63,971 bases of DNA, filler included, from Octopus bimaculoides (GCF_001194135.2; 7 parts of 7 records of this genome joined end to end with filler, not necessarily neighbours in it); one strand, 5' to 3'. Positions 13,306-26,114 are shown, counted from the first letter of the whole stretch. A program made the numbers and translations. Notes: generated by a model not told the origin, from the sequence alone.

Positions 13306-13580
13306 GAAACATATTTGAAAATGATACCAGGCTTACCATCCCTACAGGAAGTGCAAAAAATCATGTTAACTGGAACGACTCATGTACTGAGAAGAGCATT
13401 ATCGCTGTGAAAACAACATTCATTCATGAATTTATTTATTCACTAATTTTTTTCAAATACATATTTTACCTGTGAATTTGCTTGTGTGTAAACTGGGAAT
13501 GCATACAATGAGCTTCTCTGCCCTGGGTGTATGGAAAACACTTGGCGAGAAATGGAAGAAAATTTGAAGAAAGAAGAAAA
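13306..13580 (+). mobile_element. R4/Dong-type LINE extreme 3' end (different subfamily)
   Basis: ETYLKMIPGLPSLQEVQKIMLTGTTHVLRRALSL* (stop 13408-13410); 3' UTR ends in (AAC)n(AAT)n. Confidence 0.7.
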
Positions 13581-13601
13581 AACAACAACAACAACAACAA
13601 C

Positions 13602-13645
<44 letters not shown>

Positions 13646-13996
13646 TAATAATGATAATAAGCTAACATTGAACAGTACTCAACACTGTATTGGTGGAAAG
13701 AAAAAATTTTGTTTAAGGCTACCAATAGTTTCTCAACAATTATCCAGCCCGTCACTTGAGTAAGTTTTATATNNNNNNNNNNNNNNNNNNNNNNNNNNNN
13801 NNNNNNNNNNNNNNNNNNNNNNNNNNNNNNNNNNNNNNNNNNNNNNNNNNNNNNNNNNNNNNNNNNNNNNNNNNNNNNNNNNNNNNNNNNNNNNNNNNNN
13901 NNNNNNNNNNNNNNNNNNNNNNNNNNNNNNNNNNNNNNNNNNNNNNNNNNNNNNNNNNNNNNNNNNNNNNNNNNNNNATATATATATATATATATA

Positions 13997-14783
13997 CAGT
14001 AATGCCTTGGTATAGAAGTTAATTTGTTGCCAGAGACTGTTCATAAAGCAAAAACTCCAAAAGCAGAGCAATAATTTCCCATAATAGCAATGTTATAAAC
14101 TGTAATTCATTCCTAGAAAAATATTTTACCAATAAGATTGATAATACTCATAAATAAATGGCAATAAAACAACTGTAGAATGTAAAGAATATTTTATGTA
14201 AAGTAAAAAGAATGTCAAGATCATTTATGATAAAAAATATTTTTATTGTAATCATTTTCTGAATCACTTTCTCTCATGCTAGACTCACGCACACCATCAC
14301 TTGTAGATGCGGTCGCCAATTCACAAGCACTCATAGACAGACTTGAAGATTTCTTTTCAAAAACAAGTCTAGAGTTGTTTGCTTAGAAGAAGCGTTTTAT
14401 TGTTCTCTATAAAATTTTCAGTAACATGCAGAAGCATTTGCTATGGTAGTAGAAACTTTCACACTTTGTTTAAAATTTGGATCTTGTGCTTGAAAAATTT
14501 CCAAGGCTTTATCCAAATGTTGAAATGCTTCCATGAGTCCTTTCAATGTGAATGCATTAATTGGCGTTTCATCAAGTGTTCTAAGATATTGGAATGTTAT
14601 GCCGTCATTTTACTCCGTTGCTATATGCAATTGTGTAGATGCATCAGAACCGTTGTGGTCACGTGTTGCAACACTGCTACACACACACAAAATAGCTGTG
14701 TAACCTTTTTATATTTATTACAACATAAAACTTGTAAACCCGGGGTCTTGTAAAGCAGGTTCTTGTAAAGTGAGGTATTGCTG
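13997..14783 (-). mobile_element. Tigger/pogo-type non-autonomous DNA transposon
   Basis: TA-flanked imperfect TIRs (cagtaatgcctt... / ...gaggtattgctg); internal FTLKGLMEAFQHLDKALEIFQAQDPNFKQSVKVSTTIANASACY...KQTTLDLFL resembles the pogo transposase C-terminus. Confidence 0.75.
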
Positions 14784-14831
<48 letters not shown>

Positions 14832-14919
14832 GACATGCAAGAAGTAAATAGACACCTTTAATTTTCAAAATCTTTTATTTAATATGCAAAGCAAACAACT
14901 GAAATGTAATTGATAGGTA

Positions 14920-15345
14920 GGACTACATACTTTAGTATTTAGGTGACATTCCCTTTGCAGTTTTTAATTCAGAAACTCTTTTGGGCATTGAACTGATGAG
15001 CTTTATGGTTCCAACACATTCAATCAGCTCAGAACGACCATTGCTGGTGACAGCTCCCCCATACCATTACAGAGATACTGCCATGTTTCACAGTTGGTTG
15101 GAGTCGTTTCAAATCAAATTCTTGATTGGGAATCCTCCAGACACAAACATGTCGACTGTCTGAAAATAATGCAAATCTGGATTCATCTGAGAAAATCTCT
15201 CTATCCCAAAATGAACTGGATTTTTCTGACATCTCCTTAGCCCATTTCTTTCTTTTCATGATATTAATTGGTTGAAGGAGAAGTTTTCTTCTAGCTGCTT
15301 GTCCATAATACCCAAACTTATCCAGATATGTAACACACATTCTTG
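14920..15345 (-). mobile_element. Tc1 transposase fragment, internally deleted
   Basis: [13 protein letters not shown]...[16 protein letters not shown]...[15 protein letters not shown], then LISSMPKRVSELKTAKG..KY*. Confidence 0.9.
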
Positions 15346-15389
15346 NNNNNNNNNNNNNNNNNNNNNNNNNNNNNNNNNNNNNNNNNNNN

Positions 15390-15401
15390 TTAATTAATTA
15401 A
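15390..15401. other. Artificial scaffold-join linker TTAATTAATTAA inside a 100-nt gap (15346-15445)
   Basis: 44 N + 12 nt + 44 N, stops in all six frames; same construct at 18813, 31016, 40571, 48584 and 61413. Confidence 0.92.
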
Positions 15402-15462
15402 NNNNNNNNNNNNNNNNNNNNNNNNNNNNNNNNNNNNNNNNNNNNAAATAAAACTACTGAAC

Positions 15463-15561
<99 letters not shown>

Positions 15562-15584
15562 AAGAATGATGATGATGATGAAGA

Positions 15585-15962
15585 TTTCTTTTATTGGTCA
15601 CAAAGGCCCAAGATATGGAGGACAATATCAAAGGACATACAAAACATGTGCGCTTTACATTGCTCAAAGAGATACACTGCAACATTAAAGAATATAACAA
15701 AAGATATATAAATAAAAGTTAGAGAAATAGCCTCCCTAATTGTGAGGCAGTCCACTTAGGGTAATTCGAGGTAAACCTCACGCAAAAGTCCCGGATTACT
15801 CTGCTGTTCTCAAGGCATGGGAAGTGCTCTCCAGTGTCTTCCCACCACTTAAAAAACATACTTAGAGTAGATTCATACAGTTCCACCAGGTCTTACCACT
15901 CTCGTCTTGATAAGCACACTAGACGACAGCACCTCTCTCTCAATTCTCACCCTCTTCTTCAA
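15585..15962 (-). mobile_element. Probable Tx1/L1-group LINE 3' end
   Basis: KKRVRIEREVLSS-like C-terminal peptide, T-rich 3' UTR, aataaaagaaa end abutting (ATC)/(TTC)n; clade assignment from memory only. Confidence 0.4.
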
Positions 15963-15989
15963 ATGATAAATAATAATAACAATAATGAT

Positions 15990-16180
15990 TTCAAAGTTTT
16001 GCCACAAAGGAAGCTTTGGGGGAGGGCATTAAGACAATAAAGTAAATGACTGCTACTTATTTAATCGACCTCGAAAGGATGAAAGGCAAAGTCGACCTCG
16101 GCGGAATTTGAATTCACAGACGAAATACAGCTAAGCATGTCACCTGGTATGCTAACGATTCTGCCACCTAACCGCCTTCC
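15990..16180 (-). mobile_element. tRNA-headed SINE (family A)
   Basis: Reverse complement of aaggcggt..gcagaatcgttagca...ttcaaattccgccgaggtcgactttgcctttcatcctttcg. Confidence 0.85.
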
Positions 16181-16234
16181 AATTATAATCATAATAAGCC
16201 TTCACACAATAATAATAATCCTTTCATACAAGGT

Positions 16235-17421
16235 AGGAAATTCGGTTTCTGTGCCTATTCTCACCTATGGAAAAAAATACGAGTGCGAATCCAAGCAGTT
16301 GAAATAGGTTTTCTCCGAATAATCTCTAGAGCAAGAGTGGGGAAACCGCCGCCCGCGGGTGCAGTTGCACCCGCGAGCCCATTTTATTGCACCCTCAGGC
16401 TGGCATACTCGTATGTACAAAATATAGTTAGTTTTTCAATGATAAAATTTATACAATACTCGCATGCCTCTTAGCGATATAGGTCGCGTTTCCACTACGA
16501 CTCAAAACGGTTAGACTCGAACAGAAAATCGTCCAGTAATTGCCATTTGAATGGAAATTTTGTTTGCACTATAAAACACATATTGTAACGTTTGTACCAC
16601 CCCCTCGAGTCACAACTACACTCTAGCTGAAAAATATAGAATACCTCATAAATAATATTAACATTCTAAAGTCAATGGCGGCGTTAATGAAGATGTTACG
16701 TGTTAATTTAATGGGCTAAACTTGAGTTCAAATTCCACCGGGGTCGACTTTTCCTTTCGTCCTTTCAGGGTACATAAATTAAGTACCAGTGGCGTACTGG
16801 AGTCGATTTAATCGACTGACCCTTCCCCCAAAATTTCGGGCCTTGTGCTTAAAGTATAAACGATTGTATATCGAATTATACATACATATATACAAGATTT
16901 ACACAGATATAAAAGTTAGAACTCATGATCCGACCGTGGACCATTTTTTGTAAATTTTTGCCTGCCACATTAAAAAGTTTCCCCACTCTAGAGTAACATC
17001 ACTTGACAGGGAGCATAGCACGGAGTTGAAGTTTATTTAGATCGAGTCTTATATCTCCACACTGAGAGTTCATAGCCCCGGTACTACAGACATGCGATTA
17101 GAAAGTCGCAGGAAAGAATCGCAAGAGAGATTCTTCAAGCGGACACCAAGGGGTAGACCAAGAACGATATGACATCCAAGATGAATGATATCCATAGTCG
17201 CAGTTAGAAACGCTTGGTGATCCAGCTGGAGATTGTAATGACAGCTGCTTCTGACAGGACCCTATGAAGAATTTGCTTGAAGTCTCTACCTCACTAAGAC
17301 CCCCATCATAAAAACAACCCTGGGTTGTGCGTTCGCCGGTCCGGTGAGGCGACTTTCCACCCAGACTTGTACATCGGAGTGGAATCTCTTAGGTGGCCAT
17401 TTGTGACCGACGAATTCGAGT

Positions 17422-17425
<4 letters not shown>
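16235..17425 (+). mobile_element. RTE-group LINE 3' region interrupted by a hAT MITE
   Basis: SVPILTYG...RIQAVEIGFLRIISR | VTSLDREHSTE... reads continuously once 16332-16993 is removed. Confidence 0.65.
16332..16985. mobile_element. hAT (Charlie-like) MITE with 8-bp TSD CTCTAGAG
   Basis: TSD at 16324-16331 and 16986-16993; ends caagagtggggaaac / gtttcccca; holds a family A SINE at about 16700-16860. Confidence 0.8.
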
Positions 17426-17502
<77 letters not shown>

Positions 17503-17514
17503 CACATATATATG

Positions 17515-18122
17515 TGATGCATCCTTCCATGTGCATGTTGCTAAGCTGGCAATGAAATGGAGGCGGCTGACCGGATGGATTCTTAGAACTTTTAGAACAA
17601 GAGATCGGGAAACTATGATGGTCCCCTGGAGGACATTGGTCCTAAGCCACCTTGACTATTGCTCCCAGCTATGGTCACCAACCAGTGTCAAATTATTTGC
17701 AGAACTTGAGGCAATCCAACGAAGTTACGCGAAGAATATAGCCTCTATCCAGCATATAAGCTACTGGGAAAGACTCAAGAGATTAAAAATATTCCTTAGA
17801 GCGTAGGCGAGAAAGATATGCCATAATATACATCTGGAAAGTCCTGGAAGGACTTGTCCCAAACTTTGACATCGAGAGTTACACTAATACTAGAAGAGGG
17901 AGCCACTGCACACTGTCAAGGACTCCAAGATATAAGACAAGATACTGCAACAGCCTGTTCAATATCCTCCTGAAGAAGCTGAGAGATTTGCATGGGGTGG
18001 ATATAGATGTTTTTCAAAACGAAACTGAACCTCTTACTGTCAAGTGTCACAGATGAACCAACTTTACAGCAGGAAGTGCAGATGACGGCAGCGGCATCCA
18101 ATTCTCTCATGCACCAAATATC

Positions 18123-18123
<1 letters not shown>
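17515..18123 (+). mobile_element. CR1-group LINE RT C-terminal fragment
   Basis: WILRTFRTRDRETMMVPWRTLVLSHLDYCSQLWSP...LEAIQRSY...SYWERLKRLKIF, continuing after a frameshift ERRRERYAIIYIWKVLEG. Confidence 0.9.
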
Positions 18124-18176
<53 letters not shown>

Positions 18177-18419
18177 NNNNNNNNNNNNNNNNNNNNNNNN
18201 NNNNNNNNNNNNNNNNNNNNNNNNNNNNNNNNNNNNNNNNNNNNNNNNNNNNNNNNNNNNNNNNNNNNNNNNNNNNNNNNNNNNNNNNNNNNNNNNNNNN
18301 NNNNNNNNNNNNNNNNNNNNNNNNNNNNNNNNNNNNNNNNNNNNNNNNNNNNNNNNNNNNNNNNNNNNNNNNNNNNNNTATATATATATATATATATATT
18401 TGTATGTATATGGTAAAGG

Positions 18420-18743
18420 ATAAAGCCATGCTTCTGTCATGAATGATTATGGGATTGCACTTAGAAAGTTCCCCTAAGAAGCACAAGTCTGGGCATGATT
18501 GTTTATAGAAGACCACCAGTTGTCCATGCATACCAGCCTCCCCTCTGTACGGTATTATTCAAGGGAAAGGCAAAGGCCAATACAGCTTGGCACCAGTGAT
18601 GTGGCAACTCATATCTACAGTTGAGTTAACTGGAGCAACGTCAAATAAGTGTCATACTCAAGAACGCAACACAGACTGGTCCAGGAATCGAACTCACTAC
18701 CTCATGATTGTGAACCCGACGCTCTAACCACTGAGTCATGCAC
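18420..18743 (-). mobile_element. tRNA-headed SINE (family D)
   Basis: Reverse-complement head gtgcatgactcagtggttagagcgtcggg...gttcgattcctgg. Confidence 0.75.
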
Positions 18744-19396
18744 TATATATATATATATATATATATATNNNNNNNNNNNNNNNNNNNNNNNNNNNNNNNN
18801 NNNNNNNNNNNNTTAATTAATTAANNNNNNNNNNNNNNNNNNNNNNNNNNNNNNNNNNNNNNNNNNNNATACATATATATATATATATATCCAAAATTTT
18901 AAATTTAAAAGAGAGTTTTGACGCTAATATCCATTATTATTGAAATTTATTCCTATGTCAACATTTCTGTATAAGGCTATTTTTACTGTCAAATTCAAGT
19001 CAAACATATAAATTGCCTTACACATCTTCAGGTAAAAAAGGCTAAGAACAAAAGGTAAACACCAAAACATCGTCTCTAAGGACTTATTTGCCCCCCCCCC
19101 CATCACCGTAACTTAGCAGTTCGGCCAAAGAGACCGATAGAATAGTTACTAAGCTTAAAAAAAATTAGTCCTGGGTCAGTTTCTTCGACTAAAACCCTTC
19201 AAGGCAGTGCTCCAGCTTGGCCACTGTCAAATGACTGAAACAGGTAAGAGAATAAAAGTCAAAGAATGTCTCTGAACCTTAGGTTCATGGCAGTATTTCT
19301 CATTAGGATCAGTCGTGGTTTTCTCAGCAGAAGTAGCAAGTTGCATTCATGTTGATACATATTCAAATTCAACAGACTTCCATGATACACACTATT

Positions 19397-19826
19397 TAAT
19401 CATCATCATCATCATCATCATCGTCATCATTTAACTCCATTATCCATGCTGGCATGGGTTGGACGGTTTGACTGGGCTGTCACACTGGAAGGCTGCGCCA
19501 GGCTCCAGTCTGATTTGCATGGTTTTCTGTAGCTGGATACCCTTCCTAATGCCAACCACTCCGAGAGTGTAATGGGTGCTTTTACATACCATCAGCATGG
19601 GTGCCATTTACGTTACACTAGTATCTGCCACGACTGCAATTTTGCTTGGCTTGATGGGTCTTCTTCTCAAGCATGACATAATGCCAAAGGTCTTGGTCAT
19701 TGCCTCCGTGAGGCCCAACACTTGAAAGGAACTCAGCCACTTTGCTTCCGTGAGGCCCAACACTCAAAAGGAACTCAGCCACTTTGCCTCCAAGAGGCCT
19801 AATGCTCGAAAGGAACTCAGCCACAC
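19397..19826 (-). mobile_element. RTE 3' end with three tandem 42-bp units at its 5' junction
   Basis: DLWHYVMLEKKTHQAK matches the RTE C-terminus; unit ttgcctccgtgaggcccaacacttgaaaggaactcagccact x3 at 19700-19824. Confidence 0.8.
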
Positions 19827-19989
19827 TTTTATATGTTTTCTAGACTCAGTAAAGGACATCTCAAAATAATCATATTTGTATCATGTTTTAGTAAATGCTA
19901 ATCATTTGTCAAAAAGCAAGTGATGTTCTTAATTTTTGGTTTAACCTTGTAGTATTTAGATCACTTTGTAAAATGTCATGCTTATTTAT

Positions 19990-20169
19990 TAACATCATTT
20001 TGAATCAAATATTGAATCATCTTGTAGCTTTGAAATTTTAGTGATATGATTGTTCATTTTTAGAATGACATTGTAAGATAGGTGTGAGAGGTTGGATCTT
20101 GTCAGCTTGAATGACATAGGTATAATGTTCTGGGCTGGATATGACCAATTTAAATGCTAAAGAGTTTAA
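19990..20169 (-). mobile_element. piggyBac-like non-autonomous element end (same family as 7784)
   Basis: Reverse complement ttaaactctttagcatttaaattgg...acaatgtcattctaaaa aligns with 7784-7900. Confidence 0.6.
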
Positions 20170-21072
20170 ACTTTCATTTGACATAACTATCAGTGTGTTA
20201 TATAAGTAACATCTTGTGTTAATATGCACCCCAATTTCAGTAGCGCATATTCAGAAAGAAAAAGGTTTTAGTGCATTGAAGCATGTAATAGAGACCTGAC
20301 TTTGCATATAGAACCCGGGGTGATTTTTTTGTAATGACTTTTGGGGGCAAAAAGTGTTTTATATGCCATCAAATATGATAATTGTTAGATTAGGTGAAGC
20401 TCATTATTCAATATTTAGGCAAAAAATATTGTTCCTAAATTCATTGCTTGTAACAATATTACTTCATTTAAACATTTTTTTTTTTATTTGGTAACATTGA
20501 GGAAAATGGTATTCACTCCTAACTTACAATAAGACCGAGTCAAATCTTAGTAGAATTTATATAATGGAACATAAAACCTACAAACAGTTCACATCTGCTT
20601 GGCTGATGAGTTTAAGTCTTGTAATAAATACATATAAATGAAAATTTGCTTTATCAATCATTATTTTCTTATAGTTCATTTATAAGTCACACAAAGGAAA
20701 AGAAATGATACATTTGAAAATACACCAAATAATTATATTCCCTTCATATTTTTACCCTTTGTAGCTTGTAGCATTGTGCTGATGTTGCAGTTTATTTTGG
20801 CAAATTTGTGGAAGCTTTTACTGATGGAAACCTTTACTATCCCACAGTTTTATCTCAAGAGTTTGTTTTTATTTTAACTTGAAACTAAACATTTTAGGGT
20901 TTTCCATATCTTTTAAAATCTAGGTAGGGTGCAAGGTAAATGTTTGCTTCTCAACCAAATGGCTCTGGGTTCAGTCTCACTGTGTGACACCTTGGGAAGG
21001 GGTCTTCTACTATAGCCTCAGGCTGAGTGGATTTTGGTAAACAGAAACTCAAGTAAGCCCATTAAATATTTA

Positions 21073-21135
21073 CAGTAATCCCTCGTCTATCGTAGGTGTT
21101 ACGTTCCAAGACCCCCTGCAATAGGTGAAAATCTA
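21073..21135. mobile_element. Tigger-type terminal inverted repeat fragment
   Basis: TA|cagtaatccctcgtctatcgtaggtgttacgttccaagacccc. Confidence 0.6.
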
Positions 21136-21596
21136 ATCCTTGCTTCCACACTTGAAACTTCTCTAGTTCTGATAGTGACTCAGCAATAAGAGCAATCATC
21201 AGCATCGAGGAGCTCCCAGGAACATCGTGTCTTGAATTCCTCTGTTATTGCTAGGAGGACTATGATAAATAGGAGGGGGCTGAGGACTGAACCTTGGTGG
21301 AACCCTATCTCTACTCAAAATTCTTCACTGTACTCATTGCCAACCCTCACCTTACTGACAGCGTCCCTGTACATGACTTGCACAGCTCTCACTAACTATT
21401 CATCTATCCCTAGTTTCCTCATTGACCACCAGGTAAGGGATCGAGGGACCCTGTCGAAGGCTTTCTCCATGTCAACAAAAGCCAGGTACAGGAGTTTATC
21501 TTTGGTTAGGTATTTCTCCTGCAGCTGTCTTACCAGAAATATAACATCAGTGGTGTTTTTCCCAAGCACAAACCCAAACTGCATCTCATCTAGACT
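21136..21596 (-). mobile_element. RTE LINE RT fragment (inactive)
   Basis: MQFGFVLGKNTTDVIFLVRQLQEKY...AFVDMEKAFDRVPR...GFHQGSVLSPLLFIIVL...ELLDADD with stops. Confidence 0.92.
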
Positions 21597-21612
21597 GATT
21601 TATGATTTACTG

Positions 21613-21656
<44 letters not shown>

Positions 21657-21904
21657 NNNNNNNNNNNNNNNNNNNNNNNNNNNNNNNNNNNNNNNNNNNN
21701 NNNNNNNNNNNNNNNNNNNNNNNNNATATATATTTATATTAATGACCTGTAGGAACATGGTATTTCGTTATGCAATCATGATATGCTACAAAATATATTG
21801 AATGTTTTTTATAAGTCACTGCTGTGTTCTTCTGTGTTAGCAGTGGTATTGCATCACTAGTTAAGGTTGTCTCTAAAAATTTTCTATAGTGCTGAATATA
21901 TATG

Positions 21905-22150
21905 TCTGTGTGTGTGTGTGTGTGGTGTATGTGTATGTGTGTATTTGTTCCCTCACCATTACTTGACAACTTGTTTTGGTTTGTTAACATCCCCATAGCT
22001 TAGCATTCGTCAAAGCAGACTGACCAAATAAGTACTAGGCTTAAAAAAAAATGATTCCTGGATTTGATTTGTTCAGTTGAACTCTTCAAGGCAGTGCCCC
22101 AGTATGGATGCAGTCCAATGACTGAAACAAGTAAAAGGGAGACAAAAGAT
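21905..22150 (+). mobile_element. SINE (family C) 3' half, ending about 20 nt from the RasGRF donor site
   Basis: ...ataagtactaggc...atgactgaaacaagtaaaag tail typical of the family. Confidence 0.7.
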
Positions 22151-22172
22151 TAGAGCATAAATTTTCCCTTAC

Positions 22173-22290
22173 CTTGCCGGATAAATGTTTGATTGACGTC
22201 TAACAAAATATCACATCCTTCAATTATCATCCGTTCGACAGCTAAATTTTTTCGTATGTTTTCAGTTTCACTTACTTCATCATGCATTAT
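22173..22290 (-). CDS. RASGRF: Next coding exon of the RasGRF1/2-like gene (DH end / DH-PH linker)
   Basis: 118 nt, phase 0/1, with poly-T tract + ttttcag| acceptor and |gtaagg donor. Translates [39 protein letters not shown](G) versus recalled human [40 protein letters not shown]. Joins the 28705-28815 exon in frame across a 6.4-kb intron (22291-28704). Confidence 0.95.
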
Positions 22291-22577
22291 CTGAAAATAC
22301 AAAAAAAAAAAAAAAAGTAAGAGATACAAATGAAATGGGAAACTTTTTTTAAATGCCAACAAAGCATAGATTTATCAGTCGTTCATTTTCTAAGCACTGC
22401 ACTCACCAGTTTTAATGCACCGTTACAATAATTACTGTTTAAAGAATTTGTCAAAAAATTTGAAATGTAAGAAACCTCATATTAGGTTTTCATATCTTCT
22501 GCAATGACATGAGTAAAAGTCCAGCTAAAATTTATTACATTATTACTAATATTATATCCTCGTTGAGTAGCTTTTTA

Positions 22578-22677
<100 letters not shown>

Positions 22678-22688
22678 TTACTACTACT

Positions 22689-23195
22689 GAGTGAGAGAGC
22701 AATGCATGTCATCAATGTGACATTGGGGTACTCAAACCAAATATACAAAACCCAATATACCCATTATTACTGGCCGTCTGATAAGGGTACACCAGGCATG
22801 TGGATCACAACCATATATAGACAACATGGTGGTCTCATATTGAGATAAACAGTGCATGACCTTGCAAGTGGGGCCCAATTCCGAATTGTTTTCAGGTCAA
22901 GTAGCCCATCTTGCTCAAAAGGTCTCTAAATAAGGGTTATTTAAGGATGATGAACGAAACACCCATGTTTCTAGGGGTGAATTATTCAAACTTCAAAGAA
23001 TCCCTCTCAATACGTGGCTTGGTTACTACCCCACTACTCCTACCCTTAAACAGACATGCACATACTGTTATCCACTAAGGGACATGCTGAACTAGTTAAG
23101 GTCAAGCAACCAACAAGCAAATCTGTAGTATTGAGCAGAATAATTGCTGTAGCCCATTTTTTTTACCCCAAGACAAAACATGTATATATTAACAC
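22689..23195 (-). mobile_element. Copy of unidentified ~555-bp repeat inside the RasGRF intron
   Basis: Begins gagtgagagagc after (TTA)n(CTA)n and ends before (TAT)n. Confidence 0.85.
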
Positions 23196-23224
23196 TTCTA
23201 CTTATTATTACTATTATTATTATG

Positions 23225-23438
23225 AAGGTGGTGAGCTTTCAGAACTGTTAGCATGCTGAACAAAATGCTTAGTGGCAATTCCTCCATCTTTAGGCTCTGA
23301 GTTCAAATTCCACTGAGGTTGACTTTGCCTTTCATCCTTTAGGGGAAGATAAAATAAGTACCAGTCGAGTACTGGAGCCAATGTCATCAACTTACCCCAC
23401 CCTGCCTGAACTTGTTGACCTTGTGTCAAAATGTGAAA

Positions 23439-23490
<52 letters not shown>

Positions 23491-24150
23491 TATTATTATT
23501 ATTAAGGTGGCGAGCTGGCAGAAACGTTAGCATGCCGGGCAAAGTGCTTAGCGGTATTTCATCTGTCTTTACATTCTGAGTTCAAATTCCGCTGAAGTCA
23601 ACTTTGTCTTTCATCCTTTCGGGGTCGATAAATTAAGTACCAGTTGCGTACTGGGATCGATTTAATCGATTAGCCCTCTTCCCCAAAATTTCGGGGCTGG
23701 TACCTAGAGTAGAAAAGAATTGTTAGCATGCCAGGCAAACTGCTCAGTGGTATTTCATCCATCTTTATGTTCCGAGTTCAAATTCTGCCAAGTTCAACTT
23801 TATCTTTCATCCTTCCAGGACCGATAAATTAAGTACCAGTGAAACATTGGGGTTGATGTAATTGACTAGTCCCCTCCCCTAAAATTTCAAGCCTTGTGTA
23901 GAAATGATTATTATTATTATTTATCTAATACTTTATGTTATCAATCCCAAAAGGCTGAAAAGCAAAGCTGAATTTATTAGAATTTGAACTTAGAATGTAA
24001 AGAGTTGGAATATATTCAGGGTTCAAATCGTACCAAGCTCAACTTTGGCTTTTTATTCTTCTGGAGGTATAAAATAAATACCAATCAAGTATTGATGTTG
24101 GTGTAATTGATTTGCCCCCTCCCCTCGAATTGCTGGCCTTGTGCAAAAAT
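23225..24150 (+). mobile_element. Cluster of family A SINEs (three head-to-tail copies plus partial and inverted pieces)
   Basis: Heads aaggtgg(t/c)gagc at 23225 and 23504; conserved core ttcaaattcc..gaggt.gactttgcctttcatcc repeated; (TTA)n spacers. Confidence 0.85.
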
Positions 24151-26114
24151 TAGAAAAAAGACATTTTTTAATTATCATTTCAGAAAACTTGATTATCCAT
24201 TTCACATATTAAATGTATAACAATCATTTGAGGAAACATCATTTAACCTGTAGAATTCTTACGGAGATCACCGATAATCTAATTGAAGCTTATGTGCATG
24301 CGGGTGTGTGTGTACTTGTCTTGACATCATGTGATAGTTGTAAGCTAATGTCACCATGATATATAAGCAGTGTCATCTGTTGCCATTTTACTATGGAAAC
24401 AGGTCTAGTTAAGGGGAGGTAATTTGTTAGTTAGAAATAAATGAGGGTTGGTGACAGGAAAAGCATTGGGTGGGGAAAAATTTACTTCAACAAATTCCAC
24501 CTGACCCATGCAAGCATGGAAAAGTGGACATTGAATTAATGATAGCGATGATGGTGATGAAGATGATAATGGTGGTGGTGCTGGTGGTGGGTGTCTGTTT
24601 GCTTAGTGGTGGTATGAGTGGTGGGGATTTTGCTGTAGGTGATGATGATGTTAAGGATGGTAATGGTGGTGGCACTGGTGGTTGTAGTGATGATGACGAT
24701 GATGATGAATCTGAGAAAATTTAATTTTTAATAAATTTTCTTATTTTGATGCATAAATTTGTATATCTTGATAGCATTTTACCTTATGTTAAAAATTTTG
24801 ATTATAATCTTTGAATTTATTCCATGTTAACATGAAACATTTGAGGTTGTGTTTTGATCTTATTTCATAGTTTTAAGATTGCTAGCAGAGTAACACCCGT
24901 ACACATGTGGTGACAAGAAGACTAATGCAGATGCTAGCGAGTGTCCATACTAAAAAGGAATATATCTTCATTTTATCTCCAACAATTCTTTCCTTAACTC
25001 TGACCAAAAAGCTCCTAGTCCTTTCTAGATATTTCTTTTCGTATTTCATACCTTTCTATTTCATAGAAAAACCATATAATCATAACAACAGATACACCTC
25101 ATTTTACATTGTTCCGAATGAGGTCTTCTTTGACTTGAGGGAGTTTTTTTCTTTTTAACATTTTCATTGTGAAATTAAATTTCATGTTTTTTTTTTTTCT
25201 GAAATGACGTTAAATAAGTAGTGTTCATATCCACTTTAACATGGCTGTCTGTTCGAACGAACTTTACTGCGATTTTTTAACCCCAAGGGGACACATCTCC
25301 TCTTGCTGGTTAATGATGCACAGCAGTATCTGAGATATTGTGAGCAGGGGAGTGATGTTAAATATCTATCAGAAAATAGAGTTGGTATTTTCTGCATGTC
25401 ATGTTTCCTCTCTCAACTGGACATATTTCAAATATATAGTTTTAAAGGTGAAATTCCTCAACAAAAGATAGTTTGGTATATAAAATTGGCTTCTGCAGTT
25501 AACGGTAATGAAATTTTGAGTAGATGCATATGATTTCCGTATTAAATGGGTTAAGAAATTAGTGGGAAAAAATAAACCTCAAAATAAGCCTTACGTCAGT
25601 TTCAGCGAACATAAATACATAATGCTTTTTAGAAATCCACGTAAATGCAAATACTGAAGTGGAAAGTTAAATAAAATGTGAAAAAAATATGTATAGATCA
25701 TTTAATAAACGAAGTTGCAAGGGAGGTAACTCATATAAAACCAAATGACACGAGAAAGACTTGAGCGTGATAGGAGACGCAGATAAATGATTAAATCTCA
25801 TTAAATTATCCGTACTTATTTTATCAACATCCAAAGATATAAAAACAATGATGTTAGAAGAATTGGATTTGAAAAGAATAGGAGCTAAATTAAATACTAT
25901 ATTCAATATAATTCGGTGCCGTAATGTCTTAGCTGTTCCTGGATAAATTATTTTGTGACGAACGACATTCTGTTTGATTTTCTTAATCTTATAAACAAAT
26001 AATTAGGAATCAGATGAAAGATTTGCTTGTAATGCATATTGTATGAATCATCAGGCTTGTTATTGTTATAAATTGGTGGTTTAGTGAGTGCACAAATCTC
26101 TGTTGTTAAATACA

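Noticed and set aside
15390-15401. TTAATTAATTAA (PacI-like) motif recurring six times as a possible regulatory or recombination site
   Set aside because: Always centred in exactly 100-nt N gaps; an artificial scaffolding linker.
24720-25553. Possible piggyBac remnant (QRRPHSEQCKMRCICCY peptide; GGG-TTAA end at 25548-25554)
   Set aside because: No matching opposite TIR and no catalytic motif; too weak to call.
25667-25906. 79-aa ORF with LYELPPLQLRL, vaguely like Helitron GLPPHKLRL
   Set aside because: A single short motif without neighbouring helicase motifs.
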